Shown here: in pieces, positions 25,373 through 39,018 of the stretch
Position numbering within the stretch: the first letter of the stretch is position 1
How the letters are laid out: each line of letters starts with the position of its first letter
Notes under the pieces: model-generated
The model's database searches: none
What the model was told of the DNA's origin: nothing
The model's input: the letters and a program-made list of their open reading frames with translations, nothing else
Assembly (NCBI RefSeq): GCF_006345805.1
Contig: NC_043000.1
Location: 19,902,001-19,966,000, forward strand
Reading direction: 5' to 3'
Length of the DNA: 64,000 bases
Source of the DNA: Octopus sinensis
Taxonomy: Eukaryota
Made by a program: the position numbers and the translations under genes

Positions 25373-26355
25373 CAGGGTGCGGTGAATAAAAAAATAACAC
25401 TGATATTTCATTTTAACAGATATATTTACCAAAATTACATTAAAATATCTTGAAATACTAAAGAGTAAAGTTATTCAATAAAATTGCCATTGGCTTCAAC
25501 CACAGCCTCTGGACAACTTCAGAATCTTCTGCAACTCTTCTGGATGATCTCCTTGTGTAAGTTGGTGAATGCTGTCATAATCCTTGCCTTCAGTTCATCT
25601 TTGGTGTTACAAGGAGTTTTGTTGGTCTTTCTCACTCAACTGCGCCCTGCACATAATAATCAAGGGGGTTGCAGTCTGGGGAGTTAAGTGTCCCGATGTT
25701 AAGGGTGATGTGATCACAGAAATTGTCTGACAGCCACAACTGGGTTCTCTTGGTTGTGTGACATGATGCAGAGTCCTGTTGCCAGACTTAGTGTCTTCTA
25801 ACAGCCACCCTCTTCACCCAGGGTAGCACTACCTCCTCCAGGCACTTGATGTAGGTTTCCATGTTGAGTCTGAAGCCGTGTGGGAAGATGAATGGAGGTA
25901 TAATGTCGCCATCACTCGTGATCACTCCAAAGACCATAATGTTGACTGGATGTTTGATTTTTATCACTCTTGGTACATGTTTTGGAGACACAGCAAGCCA
26001 ACAGTTTTTCTGTGTGTTCACCATCTGATCCTGGCAGAAATTTTTCTCATCAGAGAAAAACCAAAGCACGTTTGGTTGGAGGAGAAGCTTGAGTTTGTTC
26101 AAAAACTTTGCAGCACGGTCTTTCCTCTTGTCTTGATGGCTTGGAACAAAAATTGGCCCTTTTTCATCTTATAAGAGGAATATCAAATGTCTTCATGCAC
26201 TACCTGCCTGATAACAAACTCAGATACTCTCATGTCCCTCTTGATGGACCTGATTGACTTGGAGAGATTGTTATCAATCATGGCCTAGATTTCATTAACA
26301 AATTCAGGAATTCTTTTCTTATCAGAATGATCAGAGTAAGTTTTCTGAGCTGTCA
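25373..26355 (-). mobile_element. 5'-truncated DD37D/maT-like transposon abutting a (TA)n tract
   Basis: TIR CAGGGTGCGGTGAATAA. ORF 25788..26102 has FSDEKNF and KHPVNIMVFGVITSDG. Same family as 4486..5358. Confidence 0.87.
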
Positions 26356-26627
26356 TACCTTTGTAATCATCATTAGACTTATCCAACTCTTTTTGAATCC
26401 TCTAAATGGCTTGCTTGATATAAAAAAAATGGAGTAGATAGAAAATCCCATAAGATGTACCCAATGCAAATTGTGGACACACAAGCAGTGAAGTGGTATC
26501 ACAGGCAGGTTAACAGAAAAAGTAGATTTTGTATATGGCAGATGCACAGGCATAATAAACACCAAGAGTGCACAGAAAATAGATTTTCTTAAATGCCCAG
26601 AAAGATACTTAGCAGTAATAGACGGCA

Positions 26628-27030
26628 CCTGTTACCCAGCTGATCTAATTAGCACTGGAAGATGTTCTAAATGCATAGTTGCTAGAATAAGATCAGGCTG
26701 GAAAAAGTGATTCATTACCGCTGTTGATAACAAAAAGTTTCTCTCTCAGGGTGAAAGGCAGATTGTATGATGCTTGTGAACGAACTGCTATGATACATGG
26801 AAGTGAGACATGAATTCTGAATGTAGAGAACTTGCAAAGATAAAAAAGAAATGAAGCAAGCATACTCCATTTGATATGCAATTAGATTGATGAATGACAA
26901 AGTTCAAATTTATGAATGACAGAGTTCAGATTTATTGGGAGACAAACTGGGCAAAAAAGGAATCTAATGTAATATGTGAGAGAAAAGACTGTGTTGGAAT
27001 GGACATATGTAGGAGACTGTGGTCAAATGC
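26628..27030 (+). mobile_element. Old RTE-1 ORF2 C-terminal fragment
   Basis: SLRVKGRLYDACERTAMIHGSET homology. Confidence 0.7.
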
Positions 27031-27039
27031 TGGCTTCAG

Positions 27040-27483
27040 AGGGTTACTGCTGGAAGACCATATGTGTGGCAGCATGATTCAACTCCTTGCCTCCAGAAAG
27101 TGTCAGAAGTGGTTGTCAGAGAAATTCTACAACTATACCAGTCCCACTTTCTAGCCTCTCAATTCCCCCAATTGTAATCCCATGGATTACTATGTGTAGG
27201 TTGCAGTTAAGAAATACTCCTGCTCTGCCTGCAACACTAACACCAGGCTGATAAGATCAAGGAAGTGTTTCAAGATCTTCCCAGGAACATAGTGAAGAAT
27301 GCATGCACCAGTCTCCAGAGCTGTGCTGAGACTGTGGTGGAAGCTGAAGACAGCTACTTTGAGTAAACTGTTATCTCCCAACCATAATCTAGTTGATATT
27401 TTTGGACTTTTAAAAAAAACTTTTATTTCTGGATGAAATATTGTGCTTTCTTTTCCTTTTATGCAAACTATCCAACCACCCTA
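27040..27483 (+). mobile_element. 3' fragment of a DD37D/maT-like transposon
   Basis: Colinear with 23535..23990 (NSPNCNPMDYYV...VVEAEDSYFE). Confidence 0.75.
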
Positions 27484-27544
27484 TGTATGTATGTATGTAC
27501 ATGTGTGTGTGTGTGTGTGTGTATGTGTATATATATATATATAT

Positions 27545-29125
27545 CATCATCATCATTTAACGTCCGCTTTCCATGCTAGCATGGGTTGGACGGTTCAACT
27601 GGGGTCTGGGGAGCCCGAAAGCTGCACCAGTCCAGTCAGATCTGGCAGTGTTTCTACAGCTGGATGCCCTTCCTAACGCCAACCACTCCGAGAGTGTAGT
27701 GGGTGATTTTATGTGCCACCGACACAGGTGCCAGACGAGGCTGGCAAACAGCCACGCTCGGATGGTGTTTTTATGTGCCACCGACACAGGTGCCAGATGA
27801 GGCTGGCAGACGGCCACGCTCGGATGGTTTTTTATGTGCCACCGACACAGGTGCCAGACGAGGCTGGCAGACGGCCACGCTCGGATGGTGTTTTTATGTG
27901 CCACCGACACAGGTGCCAGACGAGGCTGGCAGACGGCCACGCTCGGATGGTGTTTTTATGTGCCACCGACACAGGTGCCAGATGAGGCTGGCAAACGGCC
28001 ACGATCGGATGGTGCTTGTTACGTGCCCACAGCACGGAGGCCAGTCGATGCGGTACTGGCTACGGCCACGTTCGGATGGTTTTCTTATGTGCCACGTGCC
28101 ACCGCACTGGTACCACAAAGATACAAATTCCATTGATGTTCATCTATTTTGATTTGTTTTGATTTGATTTGATTTTCACTTGCCTCAACAGGTCTTCACA
28201 AGTGTCACAAGAAGGAAGGTATGCACAGGTGGACTGACTACGTCCCAGGTAGGGGCCATGGGTTATGGCCTGACTAGTCTTGCCGGGTCTTCGGATGGTG
28301 TTTTTATGTGCCACCGACACAGGTGCTAGATGAGGCTGGCAAACGGCCACGATCGGATGGTGTTTGTCATGTGCCCACCGCACTGACTACGGCACTGATG
28401 GATTTCTTGTGTGCCACAGGCACTGGTACCACAAGATACAAATTCCATTGATGTTCATCTATTTTGTCTATTTTGATTTGATTTGATTTGATTTTCACTT
28501 GCCTCAACCGGTCTTCACAAGTGTCACAAGAAGGAAGGTATGCACAGGTGGACTGACTAGTCTTGCCGGGTCTTCGGAAGGTGTTTTTTATGTGCCACCG
28601 ACACAGGTGCCAGATGAGGCTGGCGAACGGCCATGATCGGATGGTGTTTGTTACGTGCCCACAGCACGGAGGCCGGTCGATGCGGAACTGGCTACGGCCA
28701 CGTTCGGATGGTTCTCATGTGTGCCACCGGCACTGGTACCACAAAGTGTGTGCCACCGGCACTGGTACCACAAAGATACAGATTCCATTGATGTTCATCT
28801 ATTTTGATTGTTTTGATTTGATTTGATTTGATTTTCACTTGCCTCAACAGGTCTTCACAAGTGTCACAAGAAGGAAGGTATGCACAGGTGGACTGACTAC
28901 GTCCCAGGTAGGGGCCATGGGTTATGGCCTGACTAGTCTTGCCGGGTCTTCGGATGGTGTTTTTATGTGCCACCGACACAGGTGCTAGATGAGGCTGGCG
29001 AACGGCCACGATCGGATGGTGTTTGTCATGTGCCCACAGAACGGAGGCCAGTCGATGCGGTACTGGCTACGGCCACTTTCGGATGGTTTTCTCTTGTGTG
29101 CCACCGGCACTGGTACCACAAAGAT

Positions 29126-29128
<3 letters not shown>
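27545..29128 (-). mobile_element. RTE-1 3' UTR insertion expanded by tandem duplication, flanked by (TA)n on both sides
   Basis: (CAT)n tail at 27545 followed by standard RTE tail sequence, five 61-62 bp units, then higher-order units. Confidence 0.85.
27711..29127. repeat. Hierarchical tandem array: five units of about 62 bp, then units of 348, 284 and 375 bp and a partial unit
   Basis: ATGTGCCACCGACACAGG anchors at 27711, 27773, 27834, 27896, 27958, 28306, 28590 and 28965. Confidence 0.93.
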
Positions 29129-29161
<33 letters not shown>

Positions 29162-29994
29162 AGACAGACAGACAGATAGATATACATATATACATACACA
29201 ATATATGCACACACACACACACACATATATGTACACATAAACACACATGCAAGCAAACACCGTATGATATATATATATACTGCATATACTTTGAAAGATT
29301 CTTGATATGAAATTATGTGTTGCAACAGATGTTGTATCTTGGGTGGGTCATTTTAACAACACATGCACTACATTGAACACATACACTGGTTCTATTTCAC
29401 TTCTTCTACTTATTATTTATTATTAGACTATGAGTTAACTAATTAACCAATTAAGTAATCTATTACTTGACTAACTGGTTTACCAATTTCTTGATTTGTC
29501 AGAATCTTCCATTGTTATTCATGATCTCAACAATGTTGTTCCAGACTTGTTACACTATAGCCAAACTGGATATACTGGGTTTCATTATTGTAGCTATACT
29601 TTTCAGGATATGTGTGAGTGACTGTGTGTTGTGCTGTGCATGTGCGTATTCATGTGTGTATGTGTGTGAGTATGAGTGTGTTCTGGGTATATGTTTGTTT
29701 TGCTGGAGTTGAAGTTTTATATTTTTGTTTCACTTGACTAGTGTCTATGAACACAGGTGGTGAGTGTACACAATTATACATATATACATCCATATGTGTA
29801 ATATGCATCTATATGTAAGCATGCATGAGTGCATGTATGCTTCATGCATGCAGGAACAAGTCTGCTTGTCACTTGTTCCTGTGTGTTATCATATCCAGGT
29901 ATGTAGATATTCTGTAGCTGTGCGCTTCCCTTTCATTCTTATCTCTCAAGAGATGAATAAATCTCTAGATACATGTGTACTAATTCTCTCTCTT

Positions 29995-30025
<31 letters not shown>

Positions 30026-30171
30026 AACACCTATAAATTCACATCTATGCGCCCACCCATGTGGCCAACTATAAACTCTCACACACACAAACAAGCACAT
30101 ATGCATTGTGTATACAGAGTTTGATGTGTATATTCATAAACATACACACTTACATACATATATGTATGTGA

Positions 30172-30204
<33 letters not shown>

Positions 30205-30600
30205 CATACAATTACACACAACACACACACACACAGGCAGGCAGGCAGACAGCCATACAGATAGGTACATTTATTTGCATATATATATGCAGATAAATAC
30301 ACAGATATACTGGCATTATTTATACATGTCCAGGGGCATACATATGCATTTCAAGTTAAAGAAATTGTTGCAATCATTGAAGAAAAAGGGAATTGTATCA
30401 CTACCACTACTACTAAAACAGTATAATAGGAAAAACATAGGAAGACAGCTGTCCAGTAATTTGAAATCAACATAGCTGATGCCCAACAGAAATTGAACAG
30501 AGAATTAATATGCCTTCTTGCAAACAAGTCCAACAAAATGTCAGCAACCGCATGTCCAACCAATGCAACTGCATGTCAACACCATGAGAGAAGTGATGTG

Positions 30601-30650
<50 letters not shown>

Positions 30651-30654
30651 AAGC

Positions 30655-31185
30655 TTTCAGTTGGGTCCCTCACTCCCTGATTTGGTGATTGCTACCAAAG
30701 CTAAGAGCAAACAAATGGCTGGTGAGACCTTTTGAAGCAATGTACAGGGATTCTGTAAGATGAGAATAAGTGACGAGTACAGAAAGAATCCAGTGTGCCG
30801 ATCAGAGTTCACCAGGGCTCAGTTCTCAATCCCCTCCTATTTATCATACTTCTCCGAGGAGTTTAAGAAAAACTGCTTTGTTTTTACTGAATCTGTAGTA
30901 GAATTAGAGAAAAACTTTCAGGGTTGGAAGCAAAACCTGGAAACAAAAGGCCTTAAATGTAACTTGGCACAGACCAAAGTTTTAATAAGCAGAGAAACAG
31001 ACTTGACACTAATCCCTCCAGAAAATGGCTCTGTTCAATATGTAGAAAAAGTATACATAGAAATTTCATATGGTGTACTCAGTGCAAACTATGAACATAT
31101 AAAAGGTGCAGAGGATCCACAGGAAGTTTAAAAGAGAAAGTTGGGGTTGTGCTTTATACTGGTACCAAAAACAAACTACTCCTGA
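30655..31185 (+). mobile_element. Old RTE-1 RT fragment
   Basis: VHQGSVLNPLLFII...ELEKNFQGWKQNLETKGLKCNLAQTKVLISR (ORF 30760..31131 in part). Confidence 0.8.
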
Positions 31186-31299
31186 CAGGATATAGTATTT
31201 TATTCCACTGACCCAGTAGCAATTTGATGGATTTCAGGCCCATCAAACCTGTGCTAACATGGAAAATAGTTGTTACCTCAATCATTGCTGCTGCTTGTT

Positions 31300-31622
31300 T
31301 GTTTGTTTGTTGAGCGAAGCGGTCTTTGTCCCTACCCTCTTCTCCTTAGAGCTCGCAAGATCACGCCTCAGGATTGTCTGTAGTGGGAGAAATCCAAAAC
31401 GTGGTCCTTTGCTATTCGTAAGACTCGCAGAAGTGAAAGCAGGTCAACTCCCGACACCGAGAGCATCGACGGATGGATGAATGTGCACCCAGACTCAGCA
31501 GTTGCATAGGAAGTCAGGGACAAGAAACAAGAAGAAAGAGTGAGAGAAAGTTGGAGTGAAAGAGTACAACAGGGGTCGCCACCACCCCCTGCCAGAGCCT
31601 CGTGGAGCTTTAGGTGTTTTTG
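31300..31622 (-). mobile_element. Headless SINE-like element: family C/D central module plus a distinct tail ending in (AAAC)n
   Basis: AAAGAGTGAGAGAAAGTTG...GGAGCTT(T)AGGTGTTT is shared with 45170..45265. Confidence 0.6.
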
Positions 31623-31679
31623 CTGCTGCAGCTGATGATGATAATGATGATGATGATGACGACGATGATGATGATGAAA

Positions 31680-33081
<1,402 letters not shown>

Positions 33082-33480
33082 TATATATATATATATATAC
33101 TATTAACATCATCATTTAATGTCCACTTTTTCACACGTCAGACGAAACTTGCTCACACAGATTTTCAACAGCCAGATGCTCTTACTATTGCCAACCATCA
33201 AATGATGTTTAGACAAGGGTATGCAAACACATAAACATGCATAAATTTTGTGTGTATATGTGTGTGTGTGCATGTATATATACATGTGTATATGTATATA
33301 CATGCATACACACACACATATACATATATATATAATGTATGTATGTGTGTATATATATATATATATAAGCAATAAAGGGTTTAGCAACGAATTGCCTTAC
33401 CACATACCGAATTTAGAAATAGCAGTCAAAGAGTTATAAATTTCACCCTTCATTATTACGGATATATATATATATATATA

Positions 33481-33700
33481 TATTTCTTTACTACCCACAA
33501 GGGGCTACACACAGAGGGGACAAATAAGGACAGACAAACGGATTACGTCGACCCCAGTGCGTAACTGGTACTTAATTTATCGACCCCGAAAGAATGAAAG
33601 GCAAAGTCGACCTCGGCGGAATTTGAACTCAGAACGTAACGGCAGGCGAAATACAGCTACGCATTTCGCCCAGCGTGCTAACGTTTCTGCAAGCTCGCCT

Positions 33701-33701
<1 letters not shown>
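33481..33701 (-). mobile_element. tRNA-derived SINE, family B (young)
   Basis: Close reverse-complement match to 45415..45646; (TA)n on both sides. Confidence 0.88.
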
Positions 33702-33759
<58 letters not shown>

Positions 33760-34075
33760 ACACAGACACAGAAAGACAAACATGTACACATACAATTATA
33801 TTGTAGGTATCTGCAGGAAATGTTCTTTTAAAAAAATTAACCTTTTTCACTTGTCTGTTATCTTAACTGACTTGTAGATAAGAATGAGGAGATACATTAC
33901 TCCCGTCAGCAACTAAATGATGTCTTTCTCTCCAAAAATGTTTTCATAAATAAAAATAAAAATAATGAAAGTTTGAGTCATAGTTATGTTTGAATCAGGA
34001 ATCCAGTACCTTAATCTCAATGCTATTGTGTCTATCAAAAGCAACAACTTAAACATGAAAACAACCAATACTCAC

Positions 34076-34159
34076 TTTTCCAGTACAAATTAAGGAATTA
34101 GCGAATTGGTACCATATATGGAATTCATCAAAAGAGAAGCGCATAGCTCTCTCATAGCT
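34076..34159 (-). CDS. TTC7: TTC7 internal exon (84 nt, phase 0/0): SYERAMRFSFDEFHIWYQFANSLICTGK
   Basis: Acceptor ttttacatttcag, donor AAA/gtgagt. Resembles TTC7B [28 protein letters not shown]. Confidence 0.95.
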
Positions 34160-34216
34160 CTGAAATGTAAAATAAAGAGCAATAAAGAAAAGTGCATCTA
34201 GTGAAATACTTATACC

Positions 34217-34220
34217 ATGT

Positions 34221-34285
<65 letters not shown>

Positions 34286-34512
34286 TATACACATACACAC
34301 ACATACATGTATATATATGTGTGTGTGTGTGTGGTGTGTGTGTGTGTATATGTATATATATATATATATATACATATATATGTGTGTGTGTATATGTGTG
34401 TGTGTGTATATATATGTGTGTGTGTGTATGTATATATATATATTATATATATATATGTATGTGTATATATATATGTATATATATATATGTATGTATATAT
34501 ATATATGTATAT

Positions 34513-34568
<56 letters not shown>

Positions 34569-34610
34569 GATATATATATATATATGTATGTGTATATATA
34601 TATGTATATG

Positions 34611-34694
<84 letters not shown>

Positions 34695-34744
34695 TATATA
34701 TATACATACATATACAAGCATATATATGCATATACATGTGCGGG

Positions 34745-34782
<38 letters not shown>

Positions 34783-34790
34783 CACATTGT
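34217..34790. repeat. About 570-bp compound (TA)n/(TG)n/(CA)n microsatellite
   Basis: Directly visible; source of spurious YI-rich ORFs. Confidence 0.97.
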
Positions 34791-34938
34791 AAGTATGATG
34801 TGTGTGTGTGTGCATGTAAGAAATGAATGTTTGCCAAGTCAGAGTTAAAACTATCTAACTGCAAAACCTTCCTAACTTGCTAGAAATAGATGAAGGCCAA
34901 GTTCAAAAGATAATTATGCTAATAATTATGCTAATAAT

Positions 34939-35330
34939 AGGCACAGGTATGGCTGTGTGATAAGAAGCTTGCTTCCCAACCACATGGTTCTGGGTTCAGT
35001 CCCACTGCGTGACACCTTGGGCAAGTATCTTCTACTATAACTTCAACCAAAGCCTTGTGAGTGGATTTGGTATACAGAAACTGAAAGAAGCCCATCCTCT
35101 GTATATATATATATATATATATGTATGCATGTATGTATTTATTTGTGTCTATGTTCGTCCCCCCACCATCGCTTGACAACCGATGTTGGTGTGTTTACAT
35201 CCTCATAACTTAGCAGTTCAGCAAAGAGACTGATAGAATAAGTACTAGGCTTACAAAGAATAAGTCCTAGGGTTGATATGTTCCAGCATGGCTGCAGTCA
35301 AAATGACTGAAACAAGTAAAAGAATAAGAG
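34939..35330 (+). mobile_element. tRNA-derived SINE, family A
   Basis: tRNA-like head GGCTGTGTGATAAG...GGGTTCAGTCCC, CCTTGGGCAAG core; reverse-colinear with 51601..52000. Confidence 0.85.
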
Positions 35331-35786
35331 AAAGACCAATATTTCTGTAACTGCTTTAATATCATTTTCCTTTGTGTTTGTACAAAACCCCACCCACCCT
35401 CCACCCCACCTGTTGAAGAACAGGACCCATCACAACCTGGAATAGTGACTAAGTTAGATGAGAGATTAAGTGGGCATCATCATTATGCTCGACAGCTACA
35501 CTACCATAATAAATAATATATTAACAAATGCTAAATAAATCTCACAAAACAATATAAAAAACCTGCTCAATAAGACTACTGTTTCATGGCAGTTATTCAA
35601 ATCATGTTTTCATGTTTTTGTTGTCATAGACTGATTTTGTGAATTATTGTCAATGATTATTATTAATGTTTTTGTTTTTTTAATGCATTTAACATCAAGA
35701 CACTCTGAAACAGGTTGAAAGTTAATGAAGCTGGAGATCAAATATATACCAGACGATAAATATAAAAACAAAAGAAATCTACTCAC

Positions 35787-35924
35787 CTCTGCTAGTAAAG
35801 TGAAGTGTGCCCTTTTTACCAATGCTATAGCTAATAGATCATATACAGTGCCAACATTCTTGAAGGTCAGTTGTCGGAATTCAGAATGTTCTGGAGAACG
35901 ATTAAGAACCACATTGCTGGTAGC
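35787..35924 (-). CDS. TTC7: TTC7 internal exon (138 nt, phase 0/0): ATSNVVLNRSPEHSEFRQLTFKNVGTVYDLLAIALVKRAHFTLLAE
   Basis: Acceptor aattgcag, donor GAG/gtgagt. Lies inside ORF 35610..35930. Resembles TTC7B ANRDAVLSRIPEH...VVYDLLTIALGRRGQYEMLSE. Confidence 0.94.
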
Positions 35925-36964
35925 CTGCAATTAATAACAGTGTTAATTAATAATCACAAACATTGTTTTACTTGTAAATCAGAAATACTGCAAGAAAAAT
36001 TTTATTTTAATTAATTACCTCATTCTAAAGCTGGAGCTATATAATTTATTCTCATCTCATGTCTAAACATGATATTGCTCGATGTCTTTTAATAGCCCTT
36101 TCACAATTATTTCTCATCTCGAGTCCAAGAAAGACAGTTCTGCAATTTTTTGTTGAATGACTTGCACAGATGTTTATAACACTCAAACGTATGTGTTGCA
36201 CATTAGCTCTCTTCCTCCATAAAATCGACATTGCCTGTACAGGTACACGGTGTGACACACGTCTGATGTTTAAGTGATTGCAGAACAATATGATATGAAA
36301 TTTTTTTTCTCAACAACACAATACACCACTCTGTCCAAGAATCAAACCCAAAATCTCACAACTGGAAGTGCAACACCCTAACCACTAAGCCATGCACCCT
36401 CACTTAACAGATGCTAGTGACATCATATTCCTTGTACACTATTAATAATTTTTTGGAAAAGTTAAAACAAGTTTTTATGTTATATTTTTATTAGTGTTTT
36501 TCTTTATTTTTAATTCCCCATTCCAAGAATTCAAACAACAACAACATGTGTTAGTTTCAGTCTATTAGTGTCGAGGAAGTAGTAATGCTCTATATCATAA
36601 ATTGAATATATACCAAAGATGTAGACACTGTGATAGAGACACAAGATGTGCAGTCTAACATTTTAAGAGCAATAGGTGCACAAATACAGCAGGTAGGTGA
36701 TTAACCTAAAGGCCAAAGACTGGTGTTAACGGCTGATTTAAAAATAGTAGAACAAGATGTATAATGTGTAGGATTTTAAAAAAACCTGAAAATTTAATGT
36801 TAAGGAATGAGTATTATAATTATTTCTTTACAAGCAGATTTTTCAATTATTCTGAGCCAAAATATCCAAAAACAACTTAGCATATAAAAATTGAGAGGGG
36901 GGAGTTTGTGTGTATTTTTTATAGATGTATAGATATTATTTATTTATATGCCTATATATATATA

Positions 36965-37172
36965 TTTATATATGTGTACCTTTGGCGATTTTTTTTCCTC
37001 CGTCTTCCCTTCTCTGGATCTTTCCTTTTCCTATGTTTCTGATGAAGAGCTCTGCTCAAAACGTAAAACCCTCCTTCTTCCCTTCCTTCCTGAGCGTCCA
37101 ATAATACTATATTTGTTCCACGTCCTCGTGTTGTTGTTGTTTCCTCTTGGTGTTTTCATGTTTGGATTAACT
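36965..37172 (+). mobile_element. Penelope-like pseudo-LTR remnant
   Basis: Contains a minimal hammerhead motif; pyrimidine-rich, bounded by (TA)n. Family assignment rests on the known PLE-hammerhead association. Confidence 0.5.
37035..37069 (+). ncRNA. Minimal type I hammerhead ribozyme with G12 to A substitution
   Basis: GUUU-CUGAUGA-A-GAGC(UCU)GCUC-AAAA-CGUA-AAAC: stem I GUUU/AAAC, stem II of 4 bp, palindromic ACGU helix III and GUA cleavage triplet. Confidence 0.65.
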
Positions 37173-37217
<45 letters not shown>

Positions 37218-37271
37218 GCATACATGTATATAAATATGTATCTGTCTATCTATATATATATATAGAGAGAG

Positions 37272-37302
<31 letters not shown>

Positions 37303-37509
37303 TTGACAGATAGGTAGACAGAAAGACAGACTGATAGATAGATAGATATTTATATATATATGCATATATACATGTGTGTATAAACATGTATATATATATG
37401 TACATATATATATATATATGTACATATATTTATATATATATATATTATGTACATATATTTATATATATATATATATGTACATATATTTATATATATATAT
37501 ATTATATAT

Positions 37510-37551
<42 letters not shown>

Positions 37552-37613
37552 ATATAACAGGAAGCTTTATGAAAATAAACAAAAGATGAAGGCAGGTGGA
37601 ATACAAACAAACA

Positions 37614-37654
<41 letters not shown>

Positions 37655-37680
37655 TATGTAAATATATAGATAGATCATTA
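37173..37680. repeat. Compound (TA)n/(GATA)n/(GACA)n microsatellite block
   Basis: Directly visible. Confidence 0.95.
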
Positions 37681-37904
37681 ATTTATATACATGTGTATGT
37701 GTGTGGTGGTGCATGTGTGCATGTGTATTTGTGTGTTTGTTTACATGAGAGATTCCTTACTTGAAAAACAGGTCAGTGACAGCAAAGGCATTTGGCTGTA
37801 AAACAATGCCTCGTGAATATGTTTGCCATGTCAGCATAGAAAAGCAGATGTAAAAACGAAGGAAAAAACATACACACAAACATTTCTTTCATCTTTCATC
37901 TTTT

Positions 37905-38135
37905 CATCTTTCACTCATTTCAGTCATTGAACTACAACCATGCTGGAGCACAGCCTTGAAGGGATTTGGTGAAAGGAACCAAGAAGAACTTGCAGTGTTT
38001 TTTTGTTTTTTTTTATTTTAGCCTGGAATTTATTCTATTAGTCTTTTTTTGTTGAACTGCTAAGTTATGGGAACATAAACAAACTAACACTGGTTGTCGG
38101 ACAGTGGTGAACGGATGAACACAAAGACATACACA
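37905..38135 (-). mobile_element. 3' half of a family A SINE
   Basis: CAGTCATT...CCATGCTGGAGCAC...GCTAAGTTATGGG homology. Confidence 0.7.
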
Positions 38136-38483
38136 CACATGGATATATACACACACATGCGTGCACACACACACACACACATACAGATATATATACATCA
38201 TCATCATCATCATATAGCATCCATTGTCCATGCTGTCATGGGTTGGATGGTTTGACTAGGGCTGATAAGCTGAGTGGCTGCACCAGACTCCAGTTTGATT
38301 TGGCATGGTTTCTATGGTTAGATGTCCTTCCTAATGCCAACCACTCTGAGAGTGCAATGGGTGTTTTTACGTGCCGCCAGTACAGGTGCCAGTTGTGTGA
38401 TACCAGTATCTGTCAGGCTACGATTTCACTTGGCTTGACAGGTCTTCTCAAGCACGGCATATCACCAAATGTCATATATAAAC

Positions 38484-38537
<54 letters not shown>

Positions 38538-38800
38538 ATATATATACATATATACATAGATATATACACATACAGATACATGTGTATATATACACATATA
38601 TACTTATATATAACAGGCTTCTTTCAGTTTTTTCCTATCAAATTCACTCAAAAGCTTTTGATCAGTCTAGGGGTATAGTAAAAAACACTTGCCCAATGTA
38701 TCTTCTATTATATGCAGAAGACATAGTAGGAGGGAACCTGCACCTATACATATATTTACACATAAATAAGTATATATATACACACACACACACACACATA

Positions 38801-39018
38801 AGAGGGGGTGCTGAAAAGTTCCTGGCCTTGAGTAAAAGGAAATACATGAGGATCTGTTAATTATGATATTATTCAGCATATTTCCCTCTCAGATTCACAC
38901 ACTTATTGCAGTGGTCCTTCAGTTTTACTAAGCCCTGTATAAAAGAACTTGGATGGTTGACCTCCAACCAGGCCTTTTGTGATACCCTTAAAGCCAGGAA
39001 CTTTTCAGCACCCCCTTG
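38801..39018. mobile_element. Mariner-type MITE (218 bp)
   Basis: TIR (A/C)(G/A)AGGGGGTGCTGAAAAGTTCCTGGC at both ends, TA on both sides. Confidence 0.85.

Noticed and set aside
27557-29009. Overlapping repetitive ORFs on both strands (up to 149 aa)
   Set aside because: By-product of GC-rich tandem units; no recognisable domain or splice signals.
27711-29127. Regularly spaced direct repeats resembling a CRISPR array
   Set aside because: Units are contiguous with no unique spacers, derive from an RTE 3' UTR, have no cas genes nearby and lie in a eukaryotic intron.
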